A stretch of 61,382 bases of DNA, filler included, from Chiloscyllium plagiosum (lineage: Eukaryota), in assembly GCF_004010195.1 (NCBI RefSeq). It is 3 parts of one record of this genome, joined end to end, with 100 filler letters (N's around TTAATTAATTAA, not from the genome) between each part and the next. Parts side by side here need not be neighbours in the genome. Positions count along the whole stretch, not along the records: positions 20,940 to 39,705 come from NC_057710.1; 2 more parts are not named here. One strand, 5' to 3'. Made by a program: the position numbers and the translations under genes. The notes under the pieces are model-generated. The model saw only the letters and a list, made by a program, of their open reading frames with translations, did no database searches and was not told where the DNA came from. This document shows positions 24,128-37,743 of this stretch, piece after piece (position 1 is the stretch's first letter; the number at the start of each line of letters is the position of its first letter).

Positions 24128-26345
24128 TGTTCATGGGTCACAGGCTAAGCCAGTATTCAATTCAATCTTTCATTTTCCTCAAAAAGGTGGTGGTGGTGAG
24201 CTGCCTTCTTAAACCACTGCACCTACAGTTCTGTTAGGAATGGAGTTCTAGGCTTTTAACTCAGTAGTGAAAGAACGGCAATATATTTCCAAGTTCAGGA
24301 GGCTTGGAGGAGATCTTCCAGATGGCGTCTTGTCATTCTAGATGGTAGAGGCTGTGGGTTTAGATGGTGCCGTTGAAGTAGTTGCTGTAGTACAATATGT
24401 GGATTGTACAAACTGCTTCCACTGTGTAGCAGTTAAGATGGAGAATGGGGCATCAATCATGCAGGTTGCTTTGTCCTGGATGATTTCAAGCTTCTCGAGT
24501 GTTAGAACACAGAACAATACAGCGCAGAACAGGCCCTTCGGCCCTCAATGTTGCGCCGACCTGTGAACTATTCTCAGCTCGTCCCCCTATACTATCCCAA
24601 AATCATCCATGTGCTTATCTAAGGGTAGTTTAAATCTCCCTAATGTGACTGAGTTGACTACATTAGTGTATTCCACACCTTTACCACTCTCTGCGTAAAG
24701 AACCTGCCTCTGACATCTGTCTTAAATCTATCACCCCTCAATTTGTAGTTATGCCCCTCGTACACGCTGACGTCATCATCCTAGGAAGAAGACTTTCACT
24801 GTCTACCCTATCTAATCCTTTGATCATCTTGTATGTCTCTATCAAATCCCTTCTTAGCCTTCTTCTTTCCTATGAGAACAGACCCAAGTCTCTCAGCTTT
24901 TCCTTATAAGACCTTCCCTCCAGACCAGGCAACATCCTGGTAAACCTCCACTGCACCTTTTCCAATGCTTCCAAATCATTCCCGAAATATGGGGACCAGA
25001 ACTGTACACAATATTCCAAGTGCGGCCAGACTAGCGTTTTGTATAGTTGCAGTATGATATTGTGGCTCCGGAACTCAATCCCTCTACAAATGAAACCTAA
25101 CACAATATATGCCTTCTTAACAGCACAATTCACCTGGGTGACTCCAAGATCCCTCTGCACATCCACTCTACCAAGAATCTTTCCATTGACCCAGTATTCT
25201 GCCTTCCTGTTATTCTTCCCAAAGTGCATCACCTCACATTTATCTGCATTGAACTCCATTTTCCACCTCTCAGCCTAATTCTGCAGTTCATCCAAGTCCC
25301 CCTGCAACCTATAACATTCTTTCACATTGTCCACTACTCCACCAACTTTAGTGTCATCTGCAAATTTACTAATCTATCCACCTATGCCTGCGTCTAAGTC
25401 ATTTATAAAAATGACAAACAGCAATGGTCCCAAAACAGATCCTTGTGGCACACCACTAGTAGCCGGACTCCAGGCTGAATATTTTCCATCAACCACGACT
25501 CGCTGCCTTCTTTCAGAATGCAAGTTTCTAATCCAAACTGCTAAATCACCCTCAATTCCATGCCTCTGTATTTTCTCCAACAGCGTATCATGTGGAACCT
25601 TATCAAAGGCTTTACTTTAGTTCTTGGAGCTGCACTCATCCAGACAATTGGGGACTATTCCATCACACTCCTGATTTGTGCCTTGAAGATGGTGGATAGG
25701 CTTCGGGGTATAAGACTCTTTCGTCTCTGTTGTATGGTTAGACCAACTTAGTTTCTCGTCAATGGCAACCTTCGGTATATAGAGAGATTTTGTGACGATA
25801 ATACCATTGCCCTTCAAGAGGGGATGCTTAGATTGTCTCTTATTGGAGAAAGTCATTGCCTGGCATTTGCGTGGCAGAAATGTCACTTGCCACTTGTTAG
25901 ACCAAGCCTGAATATTGCTGCATTTGAACATGGATTACTTCAGTGTCTAAGAAGTATTGAATGGTGCTGAACATTGTGAATTCATTGGTGGACATTCCTA
26001 CTTCTGACCTTATCATCGAGGAAAGTTCACTGGTGAAGTAGCTGAAGTTGTTAGTTCCTGACATACTATCCCAAGGAATTCCTGCAGAGCTGTCCTGGGG
26101 CTGAGAGGATTGATCTATCACTACAACTATCTTTCTTTGTGTTAGGTATGATTCCAACCAGCAAAGTTTTGCCCCTGATATCCAATGATATCCAATACAG
26201 GTCATTGAAGCCACACTTGGTCACAGGCAGGTCACTCTCAGCGCACTCTAGAATTCAATTGTTTTGTCTGTGTTTCAACCAAAGCTGTAATGAGAGAAAG
26301 GGCTGAGTGATCCTAGCAGAATCTAAACTGAGCATCAGCGAGTAT
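24128..26345 (-). mobile_element. Old CR1-group LINE of a second family (24128-24500 and 25617-26345) with a younger CR1 inserted at 24503-25616
   Basis: Outer element: WLESYLTQRKIVVV and QAWSNKWQVTFLPRKCQAM. Inner element: [20 protein letters not shown] and MEFNADKCEVMHFG. Confidence 0.85.
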
Positions 26346-27174
26346 GTTATTGCTCCCCACTAATTTTATTACTGATTGCTGTATCTAGTAATTTCTGAAC
26401 TCTTCCACCTAACACTTCTGTCTCTTTTCCATTTTATTAAAATATCTACTTAGCCTGCTTGCAGCGAACATCATCTATGCAATGATCTGTGAAACTGGGG
26501 CTGGAGCAAGCTGGTAAGCAGTATTAATAAAGGCAACAAACAAAGCAATAACAAGAGGACAATATTGATGGCAGCATCATTCTAATAGTCCAACAAATCA
26601 CCAATTCTGTTCATACACAACACTGACTCTGGAGTTACTACATTAAAATTTTCTCAAAGAAATTAAGGCCAATAATTACTAAAAGCTGCTCTTGTTTTAA
26701 CTTTTGATCAGGTGGAACTGTAAACCTTGTTCAAAGTGTGTAAATGAAGTTTTTGTTGCTCATCTGGTTAAGGTAGATGAAGGAAGGACAGCTCTGAGAA
26801 ACTATTGGCCAACATCAGCATCAATATGCAGACCAAAATCCATCAACCCGTCCAAGGTATGCACAGAATGAGAGCAAGTTTCCCCAAAGATTTTGACATT
26901 ACATAGACAGGTTTAAAGGTGAAGCCAGTACAGAACATACCGACATTGCAATGCTCAGAATACAGTCCAGATGCAGCACCACAGAATGCAGGCAGCTTCA
27001 CTGAACAAAAGCAACATACTGTCAATGCTGAAAACCTGAAATAAAAATAAGAATGGTAGAAAATACATATGCAACTCAGGTGGCATCTGTGGAAACAGAA
27101 ACAGAATTAACATTTCAGATCTATGACAGGTTTTTAATATATCTGCTTTCGCTTCATAGGGCACCCCTGAACTC

Positions 27175-27640
27175 ATAGTTCAGGATACTGCCTGGACTCG
27201 AGGGCTTGCCTTATGAAGAAAGGTTGAATAAGCTTGGACTTTTCTCTCTGGAGAGAAGGAGGAAGAGAGGAGACCTGATCAAGGTATACAAGATAATGAG
27301 TGGAATAGATAGAGTCAATAGCCAGAGACTTTTCCCCAGGGCAGGATTGACTGGTACGAGGAGTCATAGTTTGAAGATATTAGGAGGAAGGTATAAAGGA
27401 GACGTCAGAGGTAGGTTCTTCACACAGAGAGTTGTGAATGCATGGAATGCGTTGCCAGCTGTGGTGGTGGAAGCAGAGTCATTAGGGACATTTAAGCGAC
27501 TGCTAGACATGTACATGGATAGCAATGAGTTGAGGAGTGCGTAGGTTAAGTTATTATATTTTATATTTGGATTAATCCTCGGCACAACATCATGGGCCAA
27601 AGGGCCTGTTGTGTGCTGTACTTTTCTGTGATCTATAACA
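27175..27640 (+). mobile_element. CR1 LINE 3' fragment
   Basis: ORF 27206-27544: YEERLNKLGLFSLERRRKRGDLI. Confidence 0.93.
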
Positions 27641-28317
27641 AAACCTAGTTAAAATGAACATAGGAAGTAATTCAATAATGCCTGGGAAAGGAAGCCATGG
27701 TGAAAACTAAGAGCTCCATCTCAGAAAGTAATAGAGGACATGATGCATGATGGCCATGACTAATTTCACTGTTATGATTTAAGTGGACTACTTTCCATGG
27801 AAATGAGCTATGGTCACAATGATCCAGAAAATGCAAACTCTCAGTGATTTCAACTAACTTTACTTGTTTAGCTACTTGGAAAAGACTTAGAAAAAGGTGA
27901 TCAAGTGTTACCTTCAACATCACCTCAAGAACAATGATGTCTTAAACTCTTGACAAGAAAATCTCACACAAGAGCAAAATACACCCACGAAACTTATTGG
28001 GTCAATTAATGCACATCCTCTGCACATTCAACAAGAAATTCCACACATTAGCATTGTTCTTTATGGCTTACATCAAAGTTTGGCTTTAAATATGACATCT
28101 CTCAGCTTGACATTCCTAGGGAGCTGATTCAATGGTATTGAATTACCTGCCACAGAATACAATGGATGCAAGAACTGGCACAGCAATCAGAATCAGGTTT
28201 TGCTAAATGGTTTAAGTGCATCAGACCTTATCAGCTCATTCCTTTTTTTTCATTTATGTCTATGATATTCCAGCACCTAAACAAAGGATTGGGCTCGCTC
28301 ACAATTATGTACGATTG

Positions 28318-28815
28318 ATTTAATTTGATTTGATTTGATTTATTATTGTCACATGTACTGAGATGCAATGAAAAGTATTGTCTTGTTGCTAACCAGGCAA
28401 ATCATGCCTTACATTAGTACATCAGGGTAATAGAATAGAATACAAAATATAGTGTTACAGCTACAGCGATGGTGCAGATACCACATCAATTCTAATATAT
28501 AAGAGGTCTGTTCATAAGTCAAATAACAGAGGGCAAGAAGCTGTTGTTGAATCTGTTGATACATGTTTTCAAATTTCTGTATCTTCCATCTGATGGAAGA
28601 GGGGGGAAGAGAGTACAACCGGGATGGAAGGGGTCTTTGATTATGTTGATTGCTTTCCTGAGGCAGCTGGCAGTGTAAACAGTCAATGGAAGGAAGGCTG
28701 GTTTTCGAGATGGACTGGGCTGAATTCACAACTGTAATTTCTTGAAGTCTTGGGCAGAGATGCTGCCATACCAAGCTGTGATGTATCTGGATAGGATGCT
28801 TTCTGTGATGCATCT
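28318..28815 (-). mobile_element. Rex1/Babar-type LINE 3' fragment
   Basis: Broken frames ESILSRYITAWYG...VVNSAQSISKTSLPSID...KAINIIKDPFHPG..LF.PLPS, with an (aaatc)n tail. Confidence 0.75.
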
Positions 28816-29039
28816 AAAAGGCAACTCAGAAATACAACTTTAGAGATACCTGGCCAATCTGGGGAAATTGTTTGTGAATCAGCAAATCCGACACAAGAAA
28901 ATCAGAAGATACACCATTCTATACAACAAAATTGAGGCACATAGATAGGAAGTGAGGAATAAACTCAAAATCCTGGATATACCATTCTAGACAAATTTGG
29001 TTTAGATATGTCTCGCTGACAACAGACAGCATACAAGAG

Positions 29040-29622
29040 TCTGAGGAAGTTTGATATGGTTGATGTTGAGAAGATGGTTCCACTAGTGGGGGCACTTTGA
29101 ACTAAGGGATATAGTTACAGAATAGGGGACATGTATTTAAAACTAAGATTCAAAGAAATTTCTTCTCCTGGAGGATAATGATAGTTTGTATTACTCTATC
29201 CCAGATGAAAGTGAGGACTGCAAATACTGGAGATTAGAGTCGAGAGTGTGATGCTGGAAAAGCACAGCAGCTCAGGCAGCATCCGAGGAGCAAAAGAATC
29301 GACATCTTGATCAAAAGCCCTTCCTGATGAAGGGCTTTTGCCTGAAACATCAATTTTCCTGCTCCTCAGATACTGTCTGACCTGCTGTGCTTTTCCAGCA
29401 CTACACTCTTTACTCTATCCCAAACAGTTGTGGAGGTTAGATCCCTGGGAGTATTTAAAGAGAAGTTAGATAAATCTTTGAAGTATCAGGGAGTTAATGG
29501 CAATGCTGAGCTGGCATGGCAGAAGAGTTGAGGCCTAGGCCAAATCAGCCATGAACTTGTTGAATAGTGGGGCATGTTTGAGGGGGCAAATGGCCTTCCA
29601 ATGCTCCTATTTATGTTCTTAT
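29040..29622 (+). mobile_element. CR1 LINE 3' fragment
   Basis: gaactaagggatatagttacagaataggg...cagccatgaacttgttgaatagtgg and the 3' tail. Confidence 0.8.
29204..29409. mobile_element. Palindromic PLE derivative with hammerhead core
   Basis: Arms pivot at cccttc-ctgatgaagggcttttgcctgaaacatc. 13-bp TSD ttactctatccca at 29191-29203 and 29410-29422. Confidence 0.88.
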
Positions 29623-30376
29623 GAAATAATTCTGAATCCTCTGTGTAAAGAAGCAGAATCAGCTCAACAAAAATGGAATCATTTCCCCCAAAAGTTCTCA
29701 CATTGTACAAAGCCCAGTCCAACCAATCCTGGAATAAGTTCATCAAGACTGGTTAACAGTCATATTACTAGTTAAATCAATCCAGTGTCACAATTAAAGA
29801 CATTTTAAATCCGAAGACTAATGTGGTCAATCAATCTATACAACATCTTTCACCCACTACCACTGGAGGATTGGTTCTTCAAAGTTATCTGAACCAGGAA
29901 AGGAATAATGCAGTACCCACTGACTGAGGAAGACTGAACCCATTCTGCTACATTGGAAATACTGCACATATTGATGAAAGCTGTTAACCTATTTCTATTT
30001 CTACAAACACAGCCTGACCTACTTCCTATTTCCAGCATTTTCCGTTTTGAGTTTTGAAAAAAAAATTTTAAAAAAATGTATTTGTCTTAATTGTATCCTC
30101 AACTTTAGAGTGTTTTATCATGGCATTAACTCCAAAAGCAAAAATACTTGTATGAATGCCACACCAGTTCAACTAACTAATCAAATTTCTAATTGTCAGC
30201 TCAGTGCAGTTGACAAAACTGATTGTGAACCTGAGTTTGGGTAGTGGTAGAATTCAGTGAAGTGGTGTGATGGGAAGTGGGGCAGAGATGTTTCTATTGT
30301 TTCCCTTTTATTTTTCTATCCTTCTTCCCATGTAGGAATTCATTCTTGGTCGTCTTGAAATAAAGGAGTTTGGTAT

Positions 30377-31057
30377 TATGATGATACTATGGCTTTCACA
30401 GGTGTATTTTATAGTGGTATTTTTCTGAAGAGAGGTTGAGACAGAGGTGCCGAGCAGTTTGTTCCAAGTCAATAAAGTAAATAGCTTCTGAGGCTTTAGG
30501 TTTTGTTTTAAAGTTGGAACAACAAAAGCAGAATGAAGGGGTTGGGGCGAGTTCCCACAGAAGGGGGATTTCAGTTTAACTTTTCATAGCTTTTGCGTTT
30601 AGAAGCTGCTATATATCTATTTCTGCTACAGCAAACACTGAATTTCTCTCTCTCTCTCTCTCTCTCTTCCCCACCTCCAGAATTTTCTCTTGAATATTCT
30701 TTACTCCTGGATTGGAGAACTGCATGTGACACAATCTGTTTTACTGAATTTGCCTTTGCCAATGCTGTGTTTATGGGATCTTACTATATTGGAACAATTG
30801 TCGTTTAATAGTTAAATAATCTATTATTCTGTTAAATTTTCCAATCGAGTTAAGTTATTCCAATTTCTTCTTTCTTTTGTTTGTATTTTAACTATAGTGT
30901 AAGATTAAAGTATGTTTTGTGTCAAGCCTGGTAGTTTGACTAATTGAATTGCATACGGAACACAATGCCTTACAATTGTCATTAAAAATAAGAAAAAGTT
31001 GAGGTCTAGGATATCTTCTTTAATATATTTTGAGGGGGTTTAGACTGGTCCATAACA
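30377..31057 (+). mobile_element. Solo LTR (family A)
   Basis: Ends in ...ccataaca, has a 4-bp TSD GTAT, and is homologous along its length to 53102-53723. Confidence 0.75.
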
Positions 31058-31179
31058 GTATGTGGTAAGTTGTTACGGTGGTTTTAAAATAATATAAAAA
31101 TTGGTGTTAAATTTAATACGATGCAATTAAATGAAACATCAATAAGTGAATAATATTATTAATGAATTAATTAAAACTC

Positions 31180-34100
31180 ATCAAGAAGGCAGGAAAAGTG
31201 ATATTACAAGGCTGCAGCACGTGTGAGTTCTTAGACCCTTTGTGATCCAGGAACAGTAAGGAGCTTTGCTTTTGCCTCGGACTCTGAGTCGGAGGTACAG
31301 CTGCACACTTGGTGACACACCAAGGAAGGTTATCTGGATGGTTTATACCAGGAGGCAGTCATATCACTTAGGATAAGGTTGGTCATCAGGGATTGGAGGG
31401 TGAGGAAGCAGTTCAGGGGCCCGGAGTCTAATAGTGCAGTAATATCAGCCTCTACATTTGTCCAACAGGCCTGAGGATCTCTCAGCCTATTTGGATGAAG
31501 CCAGGGATACAGAACGTATGAACCAGCTAATCATGGCATCGTGATACAGGGAAGCATTAAAGTTGGAAGGAACACAGAAATATAGTAAGAGCAAGTGATA
31601 GAATAGTGAGGTAAATTTACAATATTCTCTGCAACAAAAAGAAACAGTTCCAGATGACAGTGTTGATTGCCTGATGTCATTGTTCAGGATGTCTGCTCAG
31701 AGACAAATTGAAACTGGGGAGGGGGATCCATTTGTTGTCACTCATGTAGTTATCAACATAGGTTGAACTATGAACAAGGTGAAAAAATTAGAGATGAATA
31801 TATGGCTCAAAGACTGATGTAAGGGAACATCATTCTAATTTGTGGGCCTCTGAGAAAAATGGGAGCCACGTCATTGGAACTGTGTACACCAACAAACAGC
31901 GTTCTTGTGAACTGCAAAACTAGAGAAGTGGAGAGCATTTAAAACTAATTAGTGGGAGCAACGTAGCAAATGTGGAAAAGCATGATATATTAAAAAATAG
32001 AGACAAGTTAAGAGAGGAACATAACAATGTGGGAAATGAGGGTCTGAAAATGGGAGTAAGAGACAGAGAAAACAAAACCTCGGAATACACCACAATCAAG
32101 ACAAAACGTTACAAAGGTAATGAAACAACAATACTAAACGCTTTGTATCTGAATGTGCGAATCATTTATGACAAAGTAAACATATTAATCACACATAATG
32201 AAGTAAGTAAATATGGTTTGATGTGGCCGCAGAATTAGGACCTGACTATTGAGAAGTATATAACTAACACTCAAGAAAGCTAGATAAATGTGGAAGCATA
32301 GCACTGTATCAAGGATGGCAGTGGTGCAGTAGTTAGAGATGACCTTGTTTCAGGAGATTAGGATATAGAATTGGTTCAGGTGAAGATGAGGAATAGTCAG
32401 AGAAGGAAGAAACGATAGGGGATGGTCTTCACGCCCAACAATAAGCAAAATGTAGGACAAAGTATAAAAGAAGGAATACTAGGTAATTCTGATAACGGGT
32501 TGGCAACAATATTGGGTGACTTTAATCTACCTATGAACTGGAAGAATCAGTAGCCTCAATAAGAAGTTCACAAAATGTCTTTGAGATGTATTGTTAGAGA
32601 GAAGTTATATTAGAGTTGGTACTGTTATGAAGGTGTAAGAGACACTGTACCTTGAAAGGCACACAGAGTACTGGAAAATTTACAATATAACATTTTATCC
32701 AGCAGCTAGCAGTATGAGACAAAAAACAAGTTTAAATTCAGCCAATCAGTTTAAATTATGCCCCAAGAAACTAAGCTCTAATCAAATTTGAACTTGGTAC
32801 TTTGACAATATTAAAACCAATAAAACGATCTGATGCTTTGGGGTAAAAATATTAAACAAATTGAACAGTTGGGGGAGAACTGCCAAAAGACCAACAGATG
32901 TAGGCTGCTAGTCAGAACTCTGTAAGAGGTACCTGTCCAAGAGAAGGTGTTTTCATAGACAAAAAATCAACACCAACCTGGAGAGCAAATCTACAAAGGA
33001 AGATACAAAAAGAAGATTCAATAGCTGGTTGGTTTTGAAATTTGAATTTTTCTGTAAATTTTCATTGGGGGTTTAATCAGACCAGTATTGCAGAGGGGAA
33101 GGTAATAGATAGGTTTAGATCAATGAGTTGTAATTAGTTGTTAATTATTCTCTGTTAGACTTCAACAAAGTTGTTAATTTTTACTTCAAATAGTGACTTT
33201 TGGGATAGTTCTTTGCCTCTCAAATTTTCACATATTACAGCACGGGGTAAATGTTTTCTGCGTTACTGATTTATATTAGCGGAGGTGGGGGGGGGGTTAC
33301 CCCATGTCATAACTGTACTGTGTGATGTCATAGGGTTAATTAATAACCTCAGAGTAAAGGTGCCCTAAGGTAGCAGAGACCACAATCCAGTTGAATTATG
33401 AACAAAAACTGAAATTACTGAAGAAACTGATTGAAATACACCCTATTTGAAAGACAGGACAATGACTTAAACTATGTGGGCATGAAATTGAGCTAACTGG
33501 CACACTAGTCCCTTAGAAAGTCAGAATGGAGAGTTAATAGTAGGTTATAAGGAAATGACAGAAAAAATTAACAAATACTGTACTTTAGTCCTCACTATAA
33601 AGGATCCACAAAACATTTCAGTATTAGTTGGAAATCAGGAGGTGGAAAGGAGAGAGAAAAACTGAGTGAAATTACAATCACGAGAGAAGTGGTACTGAGC
33701 AAACTGACAAAGCTGTGAGCTCATGAGTCTCCCAGAGCAGACAGACCTCATTTTTCTTAAAACAAGTAGTTAATTAGGCAGGAGATACTTTGGTGTTAAC
33801 TTGCCAAAATTCCCTAAATTTATGAAATGTTCCATCAAACTAGAAAGTAGCAAATACAACCCATCTAATGAAAAAGTGATGGAGGCAGAAAACAGGGACT
33901 TCACGGGCCAATTAGCTTGATGCATGTTGGGAGGAAGATGTTAGAATCAATCTTTGAGGAGGATGTAACTGCAACATTTGTAGTACTGGCCACCCTGTTA
34001 TTAAACTCGAAAGGGTGCATAAGAGATTTACAAGGATGTTACTGATACTGGAAGGTTTGAGTAATAAGGAGAGGCTCGATAAGCTGGGTCCTTTTTCCCT

Positions 34101-34490
34101 GAAGTGTAGGAGGCTGAGGGGTGACCTTATAGAAGTTTATAAAATCATGAGGAGCATCGATAAAATGAATAGCCAAGGCCTTTTCCCTCGGGTAGGGCTG
34201 TCCAAACTTAGAGGGAATAGGTCTAAGGTTAGAGGGGTAAGATTTCAGAGGGACTTGGGGGCAACATTTTCATACAGAGATACATATATGGAATGAATTG
34301 CCAGAGAAAGTGGTGGAGACAAGTACAACTACAACATTTAAAAGACATTTGATCAGGTACATGAATAGGAAAAGTTTAAGAGGGACATGGGCCAAACACA
34401 GGCAAATAGGACTAGTTAAGTTTGGGAAAACTGGTTGGCATCAATGAGTTAGGCCAAAGCTATTTATGTGCTGTTTGACTCTTTCACTCA
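31180..34490 (+). mobile_element. Old CR1 (ORF1/ORF2 remnants) plus a CR1 3' fragment (33975-34490)
   Basis: APE start LNALYLNVRIIYDKV, a GDFN motif, and ORF 34015-34296. Confidence 0.78.
32623..33314 (+). mobile_element. Solo LTR (family B) inserted in CR1
   Basis: TGTTATGA...TCATAAC(t) termini and a 4-bp TSD GTAC on both sides. Confidence 0.75.
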
Positions 34491-34814
34491 AAGTTGTGAT
34501 GGATGCCCTAGTGACTATGTCAATTGAATACATTAATTCCTAAATTGATGAGGACTTTCAGGCTGAGACAACCAGAGGCTTCAATGCCATGCAGACTGCA
34601 CACAATGGCCATCAATGGCTGCTGCAGGGCAGCTAGGGCCTAAGATCTATTGGAAGGTATTTTATTTTCTCAATGCCAAGTAACGTAGAACCGTCAACAA
34701 TGATTCCTACAGGTATGTGTTTATTATGCTAAGGAGAGCAGTTATGTTTTTTTTCCTAGTGTGAATACTGACAAAACGTATCCATTTAGCACTTCCCCTA
34801 CCTCCTCTGACTCC

Positions 34815-36660
34815 ACGTACAACTTCCCACTACTATCCTTGATTGGCCTAATCTTTCTCTAGTCATTCTTTTATTCCTGACATACCTATAGAAAGCCTTG
34901 GGGTTTTACTTGATCCTATCCACCGACTTCTCGTGTCCCCTCCTGGCTCTTTTTCACTCTCTATTTAGGTCTTTCCTGGCTAGCTTGTAACTCTCAAGCA
35001 CCCTAACTGAGCCCATCACATCTCATCCTAACATAAGCCTTCTTTTTCGTCTTAGAACATAGAACATAGAACAGTACAGCACAGAATAGGCCCTTAAGCC
35101 CACAATGTTTTGCCAACCATTGATCCTCATGAATGCACCCTCAAATTTCTGTGACCATATGCATGTCCAGCAGTCTCTTAAATGTCCCCAATGACCTTGC
35201 TTCCACAACTGCTGCTGGGAACACATTCCATGCTCTCACAACTCTCTGTGTAAAGAACCCACCTCTGACATCCCCTCTATACTTTCCTCCAACCAGCCTA
35301 AAACTTTGACCCCTCGTGTTAGCCATTTCTGCCCTGGGAAATAGTCTCTGGCTATCGACTCCATCTATACCTCTCATTATCTTGTATATCTCAATTAGGT
35401 CCCCTCTCCATTTCTCCAATGAAAAAGGTCTGAGCTCAGTCAACCTCTCTTCATAAGGTAAGCTCTCCAGTCCAGGCAGCATCCTGGTAAACCTCCTCTG
35501 AACCCTCTCCAAAGCATCCACATCTTTCCTATAATAGGGCGACCAGAACTGGATGAAGTATTCCAAGTGTGGTCTAACCAAAGTTTTATAGAGCTGCAAC
35601 AAGATTTCACGACTCTTAAACTCATCCCCCTGTTAACGAAAGCCAAAACACCACATGCTTTCTTAATAACCCTGTCCACTTGTGTGGCCATTTTAAGGGA
35701 TCTATGTACCTGCACACCAAGATCCCTCTGTTCCTCCACACTGCCAAGAATCCTATCCTTAATCCTGTACTCAGCTTTCAAATTCAACCTTCCAAAATGC
35801 ATCACCTCGCACTTATCCAAGTTGAACTCCATCCGCCACCTCTCAGCCCATCTCTACATCCTGTCAATGTCCCACTGCAGCCTACAACAGCCCTCTATAC
35901 TATCAACGACACCTCCAACCTTTGTGTCGTCTGCAAACTTGCTAACCCATCCTTCAATCCCCTCATCCAAGTCATTAATAAAAATTACAAACAGTAGAGG
36001 CCCAAGGATAGAGCCCTATGGAGCACCACTGACTTCCTGGCAGAATGTTTTCCTTCTACTACCAGTCGCTGTCTTCTGTTGGCCAGCCAATTCTGTATCC
36101 AGACAGCTAGGTTCCCCTGTATCCCATTCCTCCTGACCTTCTGAATGAGCTACCATGGGGAACCTTATCAAATGCCTTGCTGAAGTCCATATACACCACA
36201 TCCACAGCTCAACCGTCATCAACTTTTCTAGTCACATCCTCAAAGAACTTGATAAGGTTTGTGAGGCATGACCTGCCCCTCACAAAGCCGTGTTGACTGC
36301 ATTTAATCAAGCCATGCTCTTCCAGATGGTCATAAATCCTATCCCTCAGAATCCTTTCTAACACCTTGCAGACGACAGACGTGAGACTTGACAAGAAATT
36401 CAACTTCCTTCGTAAACCACAGCTCCCTTGCTCAACGACTTCCTCCCTGTCTGGCTGGTACATACTTATCAAGGACCCGCAGTAGCTGTACCTTGAATAC
36501 GCTCCAAGTTTCAATTGTGCCCATGCCCTGCAGTTTCCTTCCCCATCCTATGCATCCTAAATCTCACCAAAACGCATCGTAAGTGCCTTTCCCCCAGCCC
36601 TGCTGTATATACCTTTCCTTTTCCAACACTAAAATTAACATAACTGAAATGTGGTCACTA
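34815..36660 (-). mobile_element. Nested CR1 LINEs (35055-36388 inside another copy)
   Basis: [40 protein letters not shown], and a tail at 35055. Confidence 0.92.
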
Positions 36661-36801
36661 CCACGATGATGAAGACAACCTAAATTATTAGTCCAATATT
36701 TTCTACAGTGGTAGCATTTCTCCATGTAAGTTTCAACCAATCCAAGAGGTCATCTCTGCTGCCTCCCCTCGTTATTGTGAGAATGACATGTAACTTTAAT
36801 T

Positions 36802-37027
36802 AGGCAAAAGTGAGGACTGCAGATGCTGGAAACCAGACTTTAGATCACAGTGGTGCTGGGAAAGCACAGCAGGTAGACAGCATCTGAGGAGCAGGAAAAT
36901 CGACGTTTCGGGCAAAAGCCCTTCATCAGGAATCATCATTCCTGATGAAGAGCTTTTGCCCGAAACATCGATTTTCCTGCTCCTCGGATGCTGCTGTGCT
37001 TTTCCAGCACCACTCTGATCTAAACAG
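36802..37027. mobile_element. Palindromic PLE derivative with two back-to-back hammerhead cores
   Basis: Inverted arms around ggaat-catc-attcc. TSD atgtaactttaatt / atgtaacgttaatt at 36788-36801 and 37028-37041. Confidence 0.9.
36899..36933 (-). ncRNA. Minimal type I hammerhead ribozyme
   Basis: Reverse complement auuc-CUGAUGA-a-gggc-uuuu-gccc-GAAA-c-GUC-gau has the complete core and a perfect stem II. Confidence 0.75.
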
Positions 37028-37147
37028 ATGTAACGTTAATTGCAAAATCCCCACTGCTGAGTGCCAAGGTGCTGATAGAATGTGGGTGCCATGCAACATT
37101 CACAGGATCTCATAATACTCTCACTATGCTGCTTTACTGGTATTTAA

Positions 37148-37743
37148 AGTTTGTGTGAAGATTTGTGTGCAGCCAGACTACTGCGACCCCTAGGACTCAT
37201 AACGGCACACAAACCAACAGCCACGCTCAGACAACAACTCACCAGAATGAAGGACCCGATACTCAACATGAGCAAAACTAATGTAGTGTACAAAATACCA
37301 TGCAAGGACTGCACAAAACACTATATAGGACAAACAGGAAGACAGCTAACAATCCGCATACATGAACATCAACTAGCCACGAAACGACACGACCAGCTAT
37401 CCTTAGTAGCCACACACGCAGACAACAAGCAACATGTATTCGACTGGGACAACACTACTATCATAGGGCAAGCCAGACAGAGAACAGCCAGGGAATTCCT
37501 AGAAGCTTGGCACTCATCCACAAACTCCATCAACAAACACATCGACCTGGACCCAATATACCAACCACTACAGCGAATAGCTGAAACTGACAACTGGAAG
37601 CGGCAGGGACAGACCAATATAAACACCGGAGGAAACATCAAAGAAGCGCTTCGCAGGAGGCTCCCAAGCACTGATGATGTCGCCTAGCCAGGGGACGAAA
37701 CGTTTGCAACAAAAACTTCCAGTTCGGCGAACAGAACCACATC
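37148..37743 (+). mobile_element. 5'-truncated Penelope/Poseidon-type element with GIY-YIG endonuclease
   Basis: ORF reads NVVYKIPCKDCTKHYIGQTGRQLTIRIHEH...REFLEAW...N. 12-bp TSD actggtatttaa at 37136-37147 and 37744-37755. Confidence 0.93.
37668..37708 (+). ncRNA. Minimal type I hammerhead ribozyme at the PLE 3' end
   Basis: gca-CUGAUGA-u-gucgcc-uagcca-ggggac-GAAA-c-GUU-ugc. Confidence 0.7.

Noticed and set aside
26454..26513. Plus-strand 60-nt exon-like segment (LLAANIIYAMICETGAGAS), phase-compatible with 22334-22405
   Set aside because: Lies in probable Gypsy RNase H debris (ETGAGA resembles the DASxxGLGA motif) and has a weak acceptor; no independent support.
26941..27000. Minus-strand 60-nt exon-like segment (ttttgttcag ... 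gtatgt)
   Set aside because: Its only open frame ends in phase 1, which does not fit the phase-0 acceptor at 6909, and it lies in probable TE remnant.
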